Origin: Chloroflexota bacterium
Lineage (GTDB): Bacteria > Chloroflexota > UBA6077 > CF-72
DNA: 64,000 nt
NCBI GenBank assembly: GCA_019247515.1
Contig: JAFAOS010000340.1
Coordinates: 315-64,314, forward strand
Reading direction: 5' to 3'
In this document: one piece after another, positions 33,579 through 43,507 of the stretch
Layout of the letters: the number at the start of each line of letters is the position of its first letter
Position numbering within the stretch: the stretch's first letter is position 1
Translations under genes and position numbers: made by a program
Notes under the pieces: model-generated
What the model was told of the DNA's origin: nothing
Database searches by the model: none
Seen by the model: only the letters and a program-made list of their open reading frames with translations

Positions 33579-35630
33579 ATGAGTATTGATGTTCAGGCCG
33601 CCCAGAGTGGCAACGGTCAGCCACGAGGAACGATTTTCATCACGGATTACGATTTCGGCGATGTCGACATCGAGCGAAACATTATCGAGGGTGCGGGTTT
33701 CGCTCTGGTCGCCGCCCAGTGCAAGAGCGAAGACGAAGTCATCGCGCAGGGGCGAGATGCGGACGGGGTGATCGCACAGTACGCACGCGTCGGCGCTAAC
33801 GCGATTGCGGCGTTCACGCGATGCCGCGTGATCGCCCGTTATGGAACTGGTGTCGACATTGTCGACGTCGACGCGGCGACCCGCAAAGGCATCCAGGTCA
33901 CGAATGCCCCGAACGATTGGTGCGCGGAAGAGGTCGCCGACCACGCCGTTGCGCTCTGGTTGGCGGCGCTCCGCAAGCTCCCTCAGTACGATCGCGCGAC
34001 GCGACAGGGCGAGTGGCGCTGGCAGACCGGACAGCCGATCTGGCGCTTGCGCGGTCGCGTCCTTGGCATCCTTTCGTTCGGTGTCATCGCCCGAGCGATT
34101 GCTCAACGCGTCAGGCCATTTGGCGTCGACATCTGGGCCAACGCGACCCGTGCGTCGACTATGCGGGCCATGGAGCAGCAGAACGTGCGGCCCGTCTCGT
34201 TTGACGAACTTGTCGAGGGCTCCGATTACCTGATCATCCAGGCGCCGCTCACGGACCGGACGTACCACCTGTTCAATCGACAGACGCTGCGGCGGATGAA
34301 ACCCACGGCGATCCTCATCAACACGGCACGTGGTCCAATCGTGGAAGACGCCGCGTTGTACGAAGCACTGGCAAATGGGTGGATCGCCGGAGCCGGACTC
34401 GACGATCTGGAGGAGGAGCCGGCCAAGCAGCGCGACTGGCGCCCGGAGAACCCGCTGCTGGGGCTGCCCAACGTGGTCGTGACGCCACACGCCGCCTACT
34501 ACTCAGAAGAGTCAATCGGATTGGTACGCCGGATCGCGGCTGAGGAGGCGGTGCGCGTGTTGAGCGGACTGGCGCCGCATTCGCCCGTGAATATCGTTCC
34601 GCAAGCGGCAGTCTCGCCTCCAACGGAACCCGCGATCGAGCACGTATCCATCCCAGATATCGGGATTACCGCGAGCCGTGTTGGCCTCGGCACCTGGGCC
34701 ATGGGCGGGATGCAGTGGGGCGGCGCGGACGACGACGCGTCGGTGCGGACCATCCACGCCGCACTGGACATGGGCGTGTCGCTGATCGATACGGCCTTCG
34801 CTTACGGCTTCGGCCATTCCGAGGAAGTCATTGGCCGAGCGCTCGCCGAGCACGGGGGCCGGGATCGCGTCATCATCGCCACCAAAGGCGGACTCGAACG
34901 CGTTGGAGACGGAGTGGTCCGCGACTCGTCGCGCGACCACATGTTCAGGCAGGTCGAGGACTCGTTGCGCCGACTCCGCACCGACTACATCGACCTCTAC
35001 CAGGTCCACTGGCCGGACGATGCGACGCCCTACGAGGAGACCGCGCGGGCCCTGGCAGACCTGCAAGCCGCCGGAAAGATCCGTGCGATTGGTGTGTCCA
35101 ACTACACGATCGAAGCCATGGAACGAATCCGCGGCGTGGCGTCCCTGGCATCCGCGCAGCCCCCACTCAACCTCTTCGAGCAGCAAGCCCTCACGGACAT
35201 TATTCCGTGGTGCCGCACGAACCAGGTCGCCACGTTGACGTATGGCGCGCTGTGCCGTGGACTGCTGACTGGGTCCATCGACGAGATCTCGCGGTTTGAA
35301 GGCGACGACCTCCGCAATACTGATCCAAAGTTTCTACCACCACGTTTTGCTCAATATATCGAAGCCGTAAGACGACTTGCTGCATTCGCTCGCGAAAGCT
35401 ATGGCAAATCGATCCTCGCACTGGCGGTCCGATGGGTACTCGATCAGCCGGGCGTATCGGTGGCACTCTGGGGAGCCCGCCGACCAGGCCACCTCGACGC
35501 CCTGAAGGATGTTATGGGGTGGCGCCTCGACCCGAATGCGCTTGTCGACATCGACGGCATCATTCGCGAGACAGTGCGTGATCCGGTCGGTCCGGAGTTC
35601 ATGGCGCCGCCAGAGCAGCAGGTCGTCTAG
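33579..35630 (+). CDS. Fusion of a D-isomer-specific 2-hydroxyacid dehydrogenase and an aldo/keto reductase
   Basis: aa 1-335: VADHAVALWLAALRKL, INTARGPIVE, VVVTPHAAYYSEES. aa 350-683: LGTWAMGG..., LIDTAFAYGFGHSEEVIGRAL, IDLYQVHWPD, IRAIGVSNY. Confidence 0.85.
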   Translation: MSIDVQAAQSGNGQPRGTIFITDYDFGDVDIERNIIEGAGFALVAAQCKSEDEVIAQGRDADGVIAQYARVGANAIAAFTRCRVIARYGTGVDIVDVDAATRKGIQVTNAPNDWCAEEVADHAVALWLAALRKLPQYDRATRQGEWRWQTGQPIWRLRGRVLGILSFGVIARAIAQRVRPFGVDIWANATRASTMRAMEQQNVRPVSFDELVEGSDYLIIQAPLTDRTYHLFNRQTLRRMKPTAILINTARGPIVEDAALYEALANGWIAGAGLDDLEEEPAKQRDWRPENPLLGLPNVVVTPHAAYYSEESIGLVRRIAAEEAVRVLSGLAPHSPVNIVPQAAVSPPTEPAIEHVSIPDIGITASRVGLGTWAMGGMQWGGADDDASVRTIHAALDMGVSLIDTAFAYGFGHSEEVIGRALAEHGGRDRVIIATKGGLERVGDGVVRDSSRDHMFRQVEDSLRRLRTDYIDLYQVHWPDDATPYEETARALADLQAAGKIRAIGVSNYTIEAMERIRGVASLASAQPPLNLFEQQALTDIIPWCRTNQVATLTYGALCRGLLTGSIDEISRFEGDDLRNTDPKFLPPRFAQYIEAVRRLAAFARESYGKSILALAVRWVLDQPGVSVALWGARRPGHLDALKDVMGWRLDPNALVDIDGIIRETVRDPVGPEFMAPPEQQVV

Positions 35631-37459
35631 TGCTCGATCAGGATCCCGGTTTCCGCCGCCTCGAGTACCGTGGCGGCTATCTACCAATCGAGGATTTCAG
35701 CCTCATTGGAGATGGGGCGACGTGTGCACTGGTCGGACGTGACGGCAGCATTCCCTGGATGTGCGTGCCACGCTTCGATTCAGAACCGCTCTTCTGCGGC
35801 CTGCTGGATCGCACGCGCGGCGGGCATTTCACGATCGCCCCCGAAGACGTCGTGGAGGCGAGGCAGCTCTACGAGCCCGACACCGCGGTGCTCAAGACCG
35901 AGCTACGCTGCCGGACGGGCGTCGTCCAACTCGTCGATGCGCTCGCGTTTCGTGCCGGCGCCGAGATCTGGGACACCGTTGCCTCGGACCGCGCCGAGCT
36001 CGTTCGTTCTGCCATCGTGCTGGAGGGGGCGGTTCGGCTGCGGGTGGAGGTCGAGCCGCGGGGAGGAGCTGAAACGCGGGCCGCGTGGAGCGCCCTCAAT
36101 GTCCGCGCGGTTCGCCGCCCCGACCTGCGCCTGCACCTGCGCTCGAACCGCCAGCTGGAGGGGCTCCGAACGGTGCACGATTTCAAGCAGGGGGAGCGGC
36201 TCGACGTCGTGCTGTCCTGGGGACGGACGCATCGCCACCAGGGCCTGAACGCAGAAGCCATGCTGCACGCGACCGCCGATTCGTGGCGTCGGTGGATGCG
36301 AGGTTTCCGTTACGCCGGCCCCCAGGAATCACTGGTGCGCAGAGCCGCGATCACGCTGAAGCTTCTCGACAGTTTCGTGGAGGGTTCCGCGGTGGCGGCC
36401 GCAACGTCTTCCTTGCCGGCGCCGATCGGCGGTGTGCGGAACTGGGACTACCGCTACACGTGGATCCGAGACGCGGCGTTCACCGTCTTCGCCATGCGTC
36501 GCATCGGATTCACGCAGGAGGCCGACGCCTTCCTGGGTTGGGTGCTGGACGCCTTCGAGCGAGTGGCGTCGCCGAGGGTCAGGATCATGTACACCCTCCA
36601 GGGCGAGCCGGTGCCCGACGAGCAGGAGGATCCCGAGCTGGAGGGCTATCAGGGCTCCGCGCCGGTCCGCTGGGGCAACGGCGCGGCCGACCAGCTGCAG
36701 CACGACCTCTACGGCGAGATCCTGGACTGTGCGGATCAATGGTGTCGGAGTGGCGGTCGCATCGAGCCGCACCTGTGGACAGGGCTCGCCGGGCTGGCGA
36801 CCACGGCCCAGGGCGCCTGGCAGCAGCCCGATCAGGGCCTGTGGGAGGTGCGCAGCGAAGGTCGCGTGTTCACGTACTCGGCGGCGATGTGCCAGGTGGC
36901 GCTGGATCGAGCGGTTGCCATCGCCGAGCGCATGGGACTACCGGGACCGATGGAGCAATGGCGCGCCGAAGCGAGCAAGCTGCAGTCGCTGATTGTGAAT
37001 GAGTCCTGGGATGAGGACAGACAGACGTTCAGCGAGCATCTCGGGGGCGGGGGAAGCCTCGATGCAAGCCTGCTGGCGCTGCCCCTGCGACGGGTCGTCG
37101 CGTTCGACCATCCGCGCATGGTCGCCACCACCCGGGCGGTCGCGGAGCGCCTGTCGGCTGGTGGTGGGCTCCTGTACCGCTACCTGCATACCGATTCTCC
37201 GGACGGCATTGCCGGGGACGAGGGTGCCTTCCTGCTCTGCAGCTTCTGGCTCGTCGACAACCTGGCCCACCAGGGTCGGCTGGACGAAGCCGCGGAGCTC
37301 TACGCGTCCCTGTGCGCTCGCGCCAGTCCGACCGGCCTGCTGCCCGAGCAAATCAATCCCTCGACCGGTGAATTCATGGGCAACTTTCCGCAGGCCTTCA
37401 GCCACATCGGCGTCATCTTCAGTGGCGTGACGCTGGCGGCGGCCCAGGCACGCGCATGA
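35630..37459 (+). CDS. Glycoside hydrolase family 15 protein (glucoamylase/trehalase-like)
   Basis: LPIEDFSLIGDGATCALVGRDGSIPWMCVPRFDS, RNWDYRYTWIRDAAF, CSFWLVDNLA. The GTG start shares one nt with the upstream stop. Confidence 0.85.
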   Translation: MLDQDPGFRRLEYRGGYLPIEDFSLIGDGATCALVGRDGSIPWMCVPRFDSEPLFCGLLDRTRGGHFTIAPEDVVEARQLYEPDTAVLKTELRCRTGVVQLVDALAFRAGAEIWDTVASDRAELVRSAIVLEGAVRLRVEVEPRGGAETRAAWSALNVRAVRRPDLRLHLRSNRQLEGLRTVHDFKQGERLDVVLSWGRTHRHQGLNAEAMLHATADSWRRWMRGFRYAGPQESLVRRAAITLKLLDSFVEGSAVAAATSSLPAPIGGVRNWDYRYTWIRDAAFTVFAMRRIGFTQEADAFLGWVLDAFERVASPRVRIMYTLQGEPVPDEQEDPELEGYQGSAPVRWGNGAADQLQHDLYGEILDCADQWCRSGGRIEPHLWTGLAGLATTAQGAWQQPDQGLWEVRSEGRVFTYSAAMCQVALDRAVAIAERMGLPGPMEQWRAEASKLQSLIVNESWDEDRQTFSEHLGGGGSLDASLLALPLRRVVAFDHPRMVATTRAVAERLSAGGGLLYRYLHTDSPDGIAGDEGAFLLCSFWLVDNLAHQGRLDEAAELYASLCARASPTGLLPEQINPSTGEFMGNFPQAFSHIGVIFSGVTLAAAQARA

Positions 37460-38823
37460 TCGACCGACTTGTGCTCTTCGGCGCCAACGGCGATCTCAGC
37501 GGTCGCTACTTGCTGCCTGGCCTGGCCGCGCTGCAGGCCGCCGGCCTGCTCCCGCCGGGTTTCCAGCTTATCGCGGCCAGCCGTCATGACTGGAGCGATG
37601 CGGAGTTCCGGCGGTGGGCAGCCGAGCAGCTCTCACGCCACGGCGACGCACTGCCGCCCAACGCCGTCGACGCGGTTCTGGCCTCCGCTCGGTACAGCAG
37701 GGCAGATGCGACCGACGGCACAGCGGTCGGCCGGCTCATCGCCGGCGGGAGTCCAATCGCTGCCTATCTGGCTCTTCCGCCGGCTGTCTTCCCGGCCACC
37801 GTCTCGGCGCTACACGCGGCGGGTCTCCCTTCCGGCAGCACGATCGCCCTGGAGAAACCCTTCGGTCAGAGCCTTCAGGACGCGGTGGAATTGAACCGGC
37901 TGATCGCCCAGACGCTGCCGGAAGAAGCGGTCTTCCGGGTCGACCACTTTCTTGCTATGTCCACCGTGCAGAACATACTCGGGACGCGGTTGGCGAACCG
38001 CCTGCTCGAGCCAATCTGGAACAGCGCCCACATCGACTCGGTCGACATCGTCTGGGACGAGACCGTTGCCCTGGAGGGCAGGGCGGGCTACTACGACTGG
38101 GTGGGTGCACTGAAGGATATGGTCCAGAACCATCTTCTTCAGCTGCTCTGCCTGGTGGCGATGGAACCGCCGGTTCGCGCCGGCGAGCGCGACCTGCGCG
38201 ATCGGAAAGTCGACGTGCTCCGCTCGGTCCGCCCGCTAGCGGAGGAGAACATCGTCCAGCGGAGCCGCCGGGCGCGGTATTCCGCCGGCCGGATCGGCGA
38301 ACGGTCCGTGCCCTCCTACGCTGACGAGCCAGGCGTCGATCCTGCCCGTCGGACCGAGACCTTCGCCGAGCTCGAGCTGGAGATTGACAGCTGGCGCTGG
38401 AAGGGCACCCGCTTCAAGCTCCGTACAGGCAAGGCGCTCGGCAGAGATCGTTGGCAGGTGGCCATCAGGTTCCGGCCGGTTCCCCACCTGCCCTTCGGAG
38501 ACACCGGTGTTCCAACTCCGAACATCCTGCGCTTCGGTCTCGACCCGGAGACGATCAGCCTGGAGCTGACCGGGCGCGGGTCCGGACACGCGTTCCGTCT
38601 GAGTCCGCTGACACTGCACGCACGCCTGGACCCGCCGGCGTTGCCGGTCTACGGAACACTCCTGCTCGATATCCTCAACCGCAATCCGGCGCTCTCGATT
38701 CGTGGTGACGAAGCGGAAGAGTCCTGGCGCATCGTGGAGCCAGTGATGGCGGCCTGGTCACAAGACGTGGTGCCACTGGAAGAGTATCCGGCTGGGTCTG
38801 ATGGGCCCGTCAAGCGTGAATGA
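37456..38823 (+). CDS. zwf: Glucose-6-phosphate dehydrogenase
   Basis: LVLFGANGDLSGRYLLPGL, ALEKPFG, RVDHFLAMSTVQNILG, MVQNHLLQLL. ATGA overlap with the GH15 gene. Confidence 0.85.
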   Translation: MIDRLVLFGANGDLSGRYLLPGLAALQAAGLLPPGFQLIAASRHDWSDAEFRRWAAEQLSRHGDALPPNAVDAVLASARYSRADATDGTAVGRLIAGGSPIAAYLALPPAVFPATVSALHAAGLPSGSTIALEKPFGQSLQDAVELNRLIAQTLPEEAVFRVDHFLAMSTVQNILGTRLANRLLEPIWNSAHIDSVDIVWDETVALEGRAGYYDWVGALKDMVQNHLLQLLCLVAMEPPVRAGERDLRDRKVDVLRSVRPLAEENIVQRSRRARYSAGRIGERSVPSYADEPGVDPARRTETFAELELEIDSWRWKGTRFKLRTGKALGRDRWQVAIRFRPVPHLPFGDTGVPTPNILRFGLDPETISLELTGRGSGHAFRLSPLTLHARLDPPALPVYGTLLLDILNRNPALSIRGDEAEESWRIVEPVMAAWSQDVVPLEEYPAGSDGPVKRE

Positions 38824-38851
38824 GCGGTCGCCATCGGCGCATTTGCAAAGC

Positions 38852-40693
38852 TCAGAAGCGCCAGATGAGCGGCACCCACACCAGCGCGATGATCGAAAAC
38901 CACACGAGCGTTGGTAGGCCTAGCTTCCAGTAATCATTGAACTGATACCCCCCAGGTCCCATGATGAGCATGTTGGCTGGCATCGCCACCGGCGTGAGAA
39001 ACGCGGCGGCGGACATCACGTTGACGGCCATCAGCATTGGTCGGCCAGACACGCCGAAAGCCGCCGCGGCCGACAGTGCAATCGGAATCACCATCAGCGC
39101 GGTGGCTGTATTGCTGATCAGCTGCCCGAGCACCGCGGTGATCAGGATCAATCCCAGCAGCAGCCCGTAAGGTCCAGCATCACCCAACGCGCGGACCAGC
39201 CCCTGGGCGATGAGTTCCGCCGCGCCGGTGGACTGCAGCGCATGAGACAGCGGCACCATGCCACCGACGAGCACGATTACGGTCCACGAAATCGCGCGGT
39301 AGGCCTGGTTGGGACTGAGCACGCCGAGGACGATCAGCGCGCAGGCAGCCAACAAACTGCCGATAGCGGCGGGCACCACGCCGCTCGCCAGCAGCACCAC
39401 CATCACAATGAGCACGCCGATGGTCCGCCTGGCGCCCGGACCCATCGGCGCGGCCTGGCGGCGAACCATGTCCGGCGAATCGACGACCAGAACATCGGCG
39501 TCGTCCTCATTTGCTCTGAGGGCCTCCCAGGTGCCCTGGACCAACAGCGCGTCACCGGCAGCCAGCGCGGTTTCGCGTGGCGCAAGCGTCTCACCTCCAC
39601 GCTGGATGGCAAGGATCAGCAGATTGCCATTGCGGGCCGCCATACCTGGAAACACCCGCATGCCGATTGCCGCCGAGCGTGGCGGAATGATCAGTTCGGC
39701 CACGCCGACCTCGCTGCTCAGCAGCGAGTCAGCCCAATCTCGTTGCCCGTCACCGTTGAAGGCAAGTGGCTCCGCATACGGCGCCAGGGCCTGCGTAGTG
39801 GCGAGCTGACGGATACTGACGGTGGCCCCGCGCACCACGAGTACGTCATTCGGGTGAAAAGCGCCCTCGGTCGCCGCGCCTTCGGAGGTGTATACGCCGA
39901 CCATTTCCGTGTCGGGATAGGCCGCGATGTCCAACGCCGAGCGCGGCGTACCCACCAGCGGCGAGCCGTGCTCGACTCGCAGCCGGGCAAGACCGCCAGC
40001 CAGGTGGTACTGCTTGACCATCGTCCGCGCGTAATCCCCGAGGTTCGGGGGAATGGAGTTCGGTGTCCGCCTGGGCAACAACCGCTCGCCAAACAGCACG
40101 ACGATAGCTACCGAGCCCAGCACCAGCGGCACGCCGGCGAGCGCGAACTCGAAGAACCCGAAACCGCCCAGTCCAGCATCCGCCGCCGCTTCCGACACGA
40201 TCACGTTGATACCCGTTCCCGTCAGCAGCAGCAACGATCCCGCGTGGGCCCCAAATGCAAGGGGCATCAGCAACAGCGAGGGCGGCCGCTCCAGTCGGAG
40301 GCCCAGAACGACGACCATCGGCATCAGTGCCGCCACTGAACCGTTGGGAGTGATGAATGCGCTCAGCGTCGCCGCCAGCAGCATCGTGAGCACCAGCAAC
40401 CGGACCTGGCTGCTGCCGATGCGGGTGATGAGCTGCTGCCCAACCCATGTGGTCACGCCGGTGGCGTCGAGCGCCTCGCTCACCACGAACAGCGAGGCGA
40501 TGAAGATGATCACCGGATCGCCGAAACCAGCAAACGCCTGGTTCAGGTCTACGAGGCCGGTGGCCCACAGCGACAACGTGACCGCGAAGGCTACGATCCC
40601 GACAGGCAGCCGGTTCCAGACGAACAGCACCACGGCGGCCGCCAGAATGATGAAGCAGGTGGTGCTGGGTGACATGCCGAGGCTGAGCAGCAT
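38852..40693 (-). CDS. SLC13/DASS family permease with central TrkA-C domains
   Basis: 613 aa. Hydrophobic N- and C-terminal halves flank a soluble insert of about 200 aa (LRVEHGSPLVGTPRSAL..., AELIIPPRSAAIGMRVF) typical of paired TrkA-C domains. Confidence 0.85.
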   Translation of the reverse strand: MLLSLGMSPSTTCFIILAAAVVLFVWNRLPVGIVAFAVTLSLWATGLVDLNQAFAGFGDPVIIFIASLFVVSEALDATGVTTWVGQQLITRIGSSQVRLLVLTMLLAATLSAFITPNGSVAALMPMVVVLGLRLERPPSLLLMPLAFGAHAGSLLLLTGTGINVIVSEAAADAGLGGFGFFEFALAGVPLVLGSVAIVVLFGERLLPRRTPNSIPPNLGDYARTMVKQYHLAGGLARLRVEHGSPLVGTPRSALDIAAYPDTEMVGVYTSEGAATEGAFHPNDVLVVRGATVSIRQLATTQALAPYAEPLAFNGDGQRDWADSLLSSEVGVAELIIPPRSAAIGMRVFPGMAARNGNLLILAIQRGGETLAPRETALAAGDALLVQGTWEALRANEDDADVLVVDSPDMVRRQAAPMGPGARRTIGVLIVMVVLLASGVVPAAIGSLLAACALIVLGVLSPNQAYRAISWTVIVLVGGMVPLSHALQSTGAAELIAQGLVRALGDAGPYGLLLGLILITAVLGQLISNTATALMVIPIALSAAAAFGVSGRPMLMAVNVMSAAAFLTPVAMPANMLIMGPGGYQFNDYWKLGLPTLVWFSIIALVWVPLIWRF

Positions 40694-40783
40694 GGATTAA
40701 GCATGCGGTACCAGCCTCGGACCGCGCGCTTGCGTTGACATCGTGGATGGGGACGCTCGACCGTAATTGCCGTAGCCTAGAAC

Positions 40784-42058
40784 ATGGGACGTTCGACCAT
40801 GGAGCTTCGTAACTGGGCCGGTAACATCCGCTTCAGCACCGATCGCGTGCACCATCCCGAAACGGTCGATCAGGTGCAGGAGATCGTTCGCACGAGCCGT
40901 CAGGTGCGCGTGCTTGGCTCGCGCCATTCATTCAACGCCATTGCCGATTCGACCGGTGACCTGATCTCACTCGACCGCCTGGAGCCGGTGCTGGAGATCG
41001 ACGAACCGCGGCGGCAGATCACGATCGACGGCGGTGTGACATACGGTCAACTGGCGCCGCGCGTGTGCGAAGCGGGCTTCGCCTTGCATAACACCGCCTC
41101 GCTGCCGCATATCACCGTAGCCGGCGCCTGCGCAACCGCGACGCACGGCTCTGGCAGTGCAAATGGCATCCTCGGCTCGCGGGTTGCAGCGATGCAGATC
41201 GTCACCGGCGACGGCTCGGTCAGAACGATGTCCCGTGCTGAGGACGGTGATCGCTTTGGCGGCGTGGTGGTCGGACTCGGCGGTCTGGGTGTGGTCACCC
41301 GGCTCACGCTCGACGTCTCGCCGACGTTCGACATGTCTCAGCTGGTGTACGAGAACCTGCCACTCGCCGAGGTCGACGGGCATTTCGACGCGATTATGTC
41401 CAGCGGGTACAGCGTCAGCCTCTTCACGGACTGGCGCGAGCGCCGGTTCAATCAGGTGTGGATCAAGACGGTCGCGGCAAGCGGGGACGCGGCGGAGGCC
41501 GCGCCGACGTTTTATGGGGCGACGCTCGCCACGACCGACGTGCACCCGCTGCCCACGCTCGACGCGGCGGCCTGTACGCCGCAGATGGGCGTCGTCGGCC
41601 CATGGCACGAGCGCCTCCCACACTTCCTTGCGGAGTTCGAGCCGAGCTACGGCGAGGAGCTGCAGAGCGAGTACTTCGTGCCGCGCGCGCAGGCGGGTGC
41701 TGCGCTGCGGGCGATCGCCGACATACGCGGCGACGTGGCGCCGCTGCTGCAAATGTCGGAGGTGCGGACGATCGCGGCGGACGACCTGTGGATGAGTCCG
41801 TTCTACCGACGCGACTCCGTCGCGCTGCACTTCACCTGGCGCTACGACTGGGAAAACCTGAAGCTGCTGCTTCCGCGCATCGAGAAGCGGCTGGCGCCGT
41901 TCGACCCGCGCCCGCATTGGGGGAAGTTGTTCACGATGCCTGCGCCGACACTGCAAGCATGCTACGCGCGCCTCCCGGACTTCCGCGCGCTGCTCGAGTC
42001 CTTCGACCCGAAGGGGACGTTTCGAAACACGTTTCTCGAAACGATGGTGTTCGGCTGA
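40784..42058 (+). CDS. FAD-linked oxidase of the arabinonolactone/alditol (xylitol) oxidase family
   Basis: NWAGNIRFSTDRVHHPETVDQVQEIVRTSRQVRVLGSRHSFN and C-terminal PHWGK match ALO/AldO-type vanillyl-alcohol-oxidase-fold enzymes. Confidence 0.85.
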   Translation: MGRSTMELRNWAGNIRFSTDRVHHPETVDQVQEIVRTSRQVRVLGSRHSFNAIADSTGDLISLDRLEPVLEIDEPRRQITIDGGVTYGQLAPRVCEAGFALHNTASLPHITVAGACATATHGSGSANGILGSRVAAMQIVTGDGSVRTMSRAEDGDRFGGVVVGLGGLGVVTRLTLDVSPTFDMSQLVYENLPLAEVDGHFDAIMSSGYSVSLFTDWRERRFNQVWIKTVAASGDAAEAAPTFYGATLATTDVHPLPTLDAAACTPQMGVVGPWHERLPHFLAEFEPSYGEELQSEYFVPRAQAGAALRAIADIRGDVAPLLQMSEVRTIAADDLWMSPFYRRDSVALHFTWRYDWENLKLLLPRIEKRLAPFDPRPHWGKLFTMPAPTLQACYARLPDFRALLESFDPKGTFRNTFLETMVFG

Positions 42059-42202
42059 AAGAACCTGGATCGCGAAACGAGGGGCCGACGACGCGGCTGG
42101 ATTCCGCCTCGGTCAACACGCCTTGCGCTTTGTGAGTACCGAGTTGCGGCGCTGCGCCAGTCTGACGTTCATGTCGTCGGTAGGCGGCGGCTGGTACGCC
42201 GG

Positions 42203-42631
42203 TCAGGTGGTCTGGAGGGCCGACTTGATCTTGTCGATGGCAGCGGTTTCGGAGGGCGCCACGCCGGATACCGCCTTCGCCACGGAGTCCGCGACTCCGA
42301 GCACAAGGTCGCTGTAGGCCGAGGTTTCATCAGGCGCCTTCGCCCGCAAGAGCGCTACCGCGGAGCGCAGGGCTTCGAGCGTGCCCGTCTCTAACGCCTG
42401 GGGTGACGTACCGATCCCGAACCCGCCGCTATGCGTTGCACCCAGGTCGCGGACCAGCTGACTGGAACTTGTCTGACGAGCCTCGTTGAGATGCCCCGCC
42501 AGGGCACCCGTCTCTTTGAACGAGTCGAAAAAGCCGGGGTCCGCCAGCGCCACCAGCATCCCCGCCCCGGTCACGCCCTTCTCCAGCGTTTGCCACTCGG
42601 CCTCGGTGAAATCAGCTTTGCCAGCCATCAA
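42203..42631 (-). CDS. Hypothetical protein (142 aa)
   Basis: Clean ORF with normal amino-acid composition and no overlap with other genes. No family recognised. Confidence 0.5.
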   Translation of the reverse strand: MMAGKADFTEAEWQTLEKGVTGAGMLVALADPGFFDSFKETGALAGHLNEARQTSSSQLVRDLGATHSGGFGIGTSPQALETGTLEALRSAVALLRAKAPDETSAYSDLVLGVADSVAKAVSGVAPSETAAIDKIKSALQTT

Positions 42632-42810
42632 TGCAGTGTACGGCGCCAGCCGCGCATCGGAGTATCACGGCGATGTCCGCGGCGGCCCACGCCTGACTCG
42701 GCTACGAGGGTCGTGCCAGAAGGCACAAAAATGACGCGCCGATGTGATAGCTCCCGTTAGCGTTACGGAAGGGAGCAATCGCGTTGGCCTGCGCTTCAGA
42801 AACAGCTCGC

Positions 42811-43386
42811 TCAGTCGTGTTTTGAATGGCGCGCTGAGACGCCCGACGAGTTGAGCCCTCGCACCGCGGTCTCTTCATCGGGATAGATAAATGGGCTGTC
42901 AACCTCAAAGACGTCGACGGGATTCAGATCGGCTTCGGCTGCCAGCTGACGGAGAGCCGCTTCATTCGATAATGCAAAGGGTCCCGGAGCGCCCCGTGGA
43001 GGTGGTGGCAGAAATGGACGAAGGGCTGCCACCACAGCCGCTGCGTCCATTTTTTCCGGATCACCCCACGTGACGACGACGACATTGGCATCGACTCTGG
43101 CCACGCGACGAGCCTCTCGCAAGGCCAGCACCGGGTTGCCCGCGTACTGGATGGAGTTAAAGCCGGTGACAAGGTCGAAAGACCGGTCTTGAAGAGGTAA
43201 TTCCTCGAGATCGCCCCGGCGGAAGTCGCCCGCGGGCGTGCGGGTACGAGCGATGGCCAGCAGCTCATCGGCGGCATCGATACCCCATACGTGTGCGCCA
43301 CGGGATGCCGCGATCTGAGCTGCCATGCCAGCGCCGCAGCCAAGCCATCGCGCGTGGGCACGCCAATCGTCGACCGAGCGACGAGC
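42811..43386 (-). pseudogene. Class I SAM-dependent methyltransferase lacking a normal N-terminus
   Basis: The SAM motif I reads WLGCGAG-M, so the only ATG (43326) sits inside motif I. The frame is closed by TAA at 43387-43389 only 20 codons upstream, with no start codon in between. The downstream part (FDLVTGFNSIQY) is normal. Confidence 0.5.
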
Positions 43387-43507
43387 TTAACGCGACTCTG
43401 TAAGCAGGGATTTCCACGGCGTTCGCTCGTGATCGGGACTACCTGGAAACGGGTAACTTCGCGCCAGCGGCAATGGGCCTGACGTTTGAGCGTTCGTTGG
43501 GGTAGAC

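Noticed and set aside
39242-40339. 365-aa plus-strand ORF, and similar ones at 40967-41956(-), 48815-49810(+), 50473-51624(+), 52942-54314 (several)
   Set aside because: All are antisense or alternate frames of strongly supported transporter or oxidase genes, with extreme Arg/His/Gln or Arg/Pro content.
42019-42028. Palindrome GTTTCGAAAC, resembling the half-sites of the 12032 palindrome
   Set aside because: It lies inside the coding sequence of the FAD oxidase (codons for TFRNTF). It is only 10 bp and is most likely coincidental.
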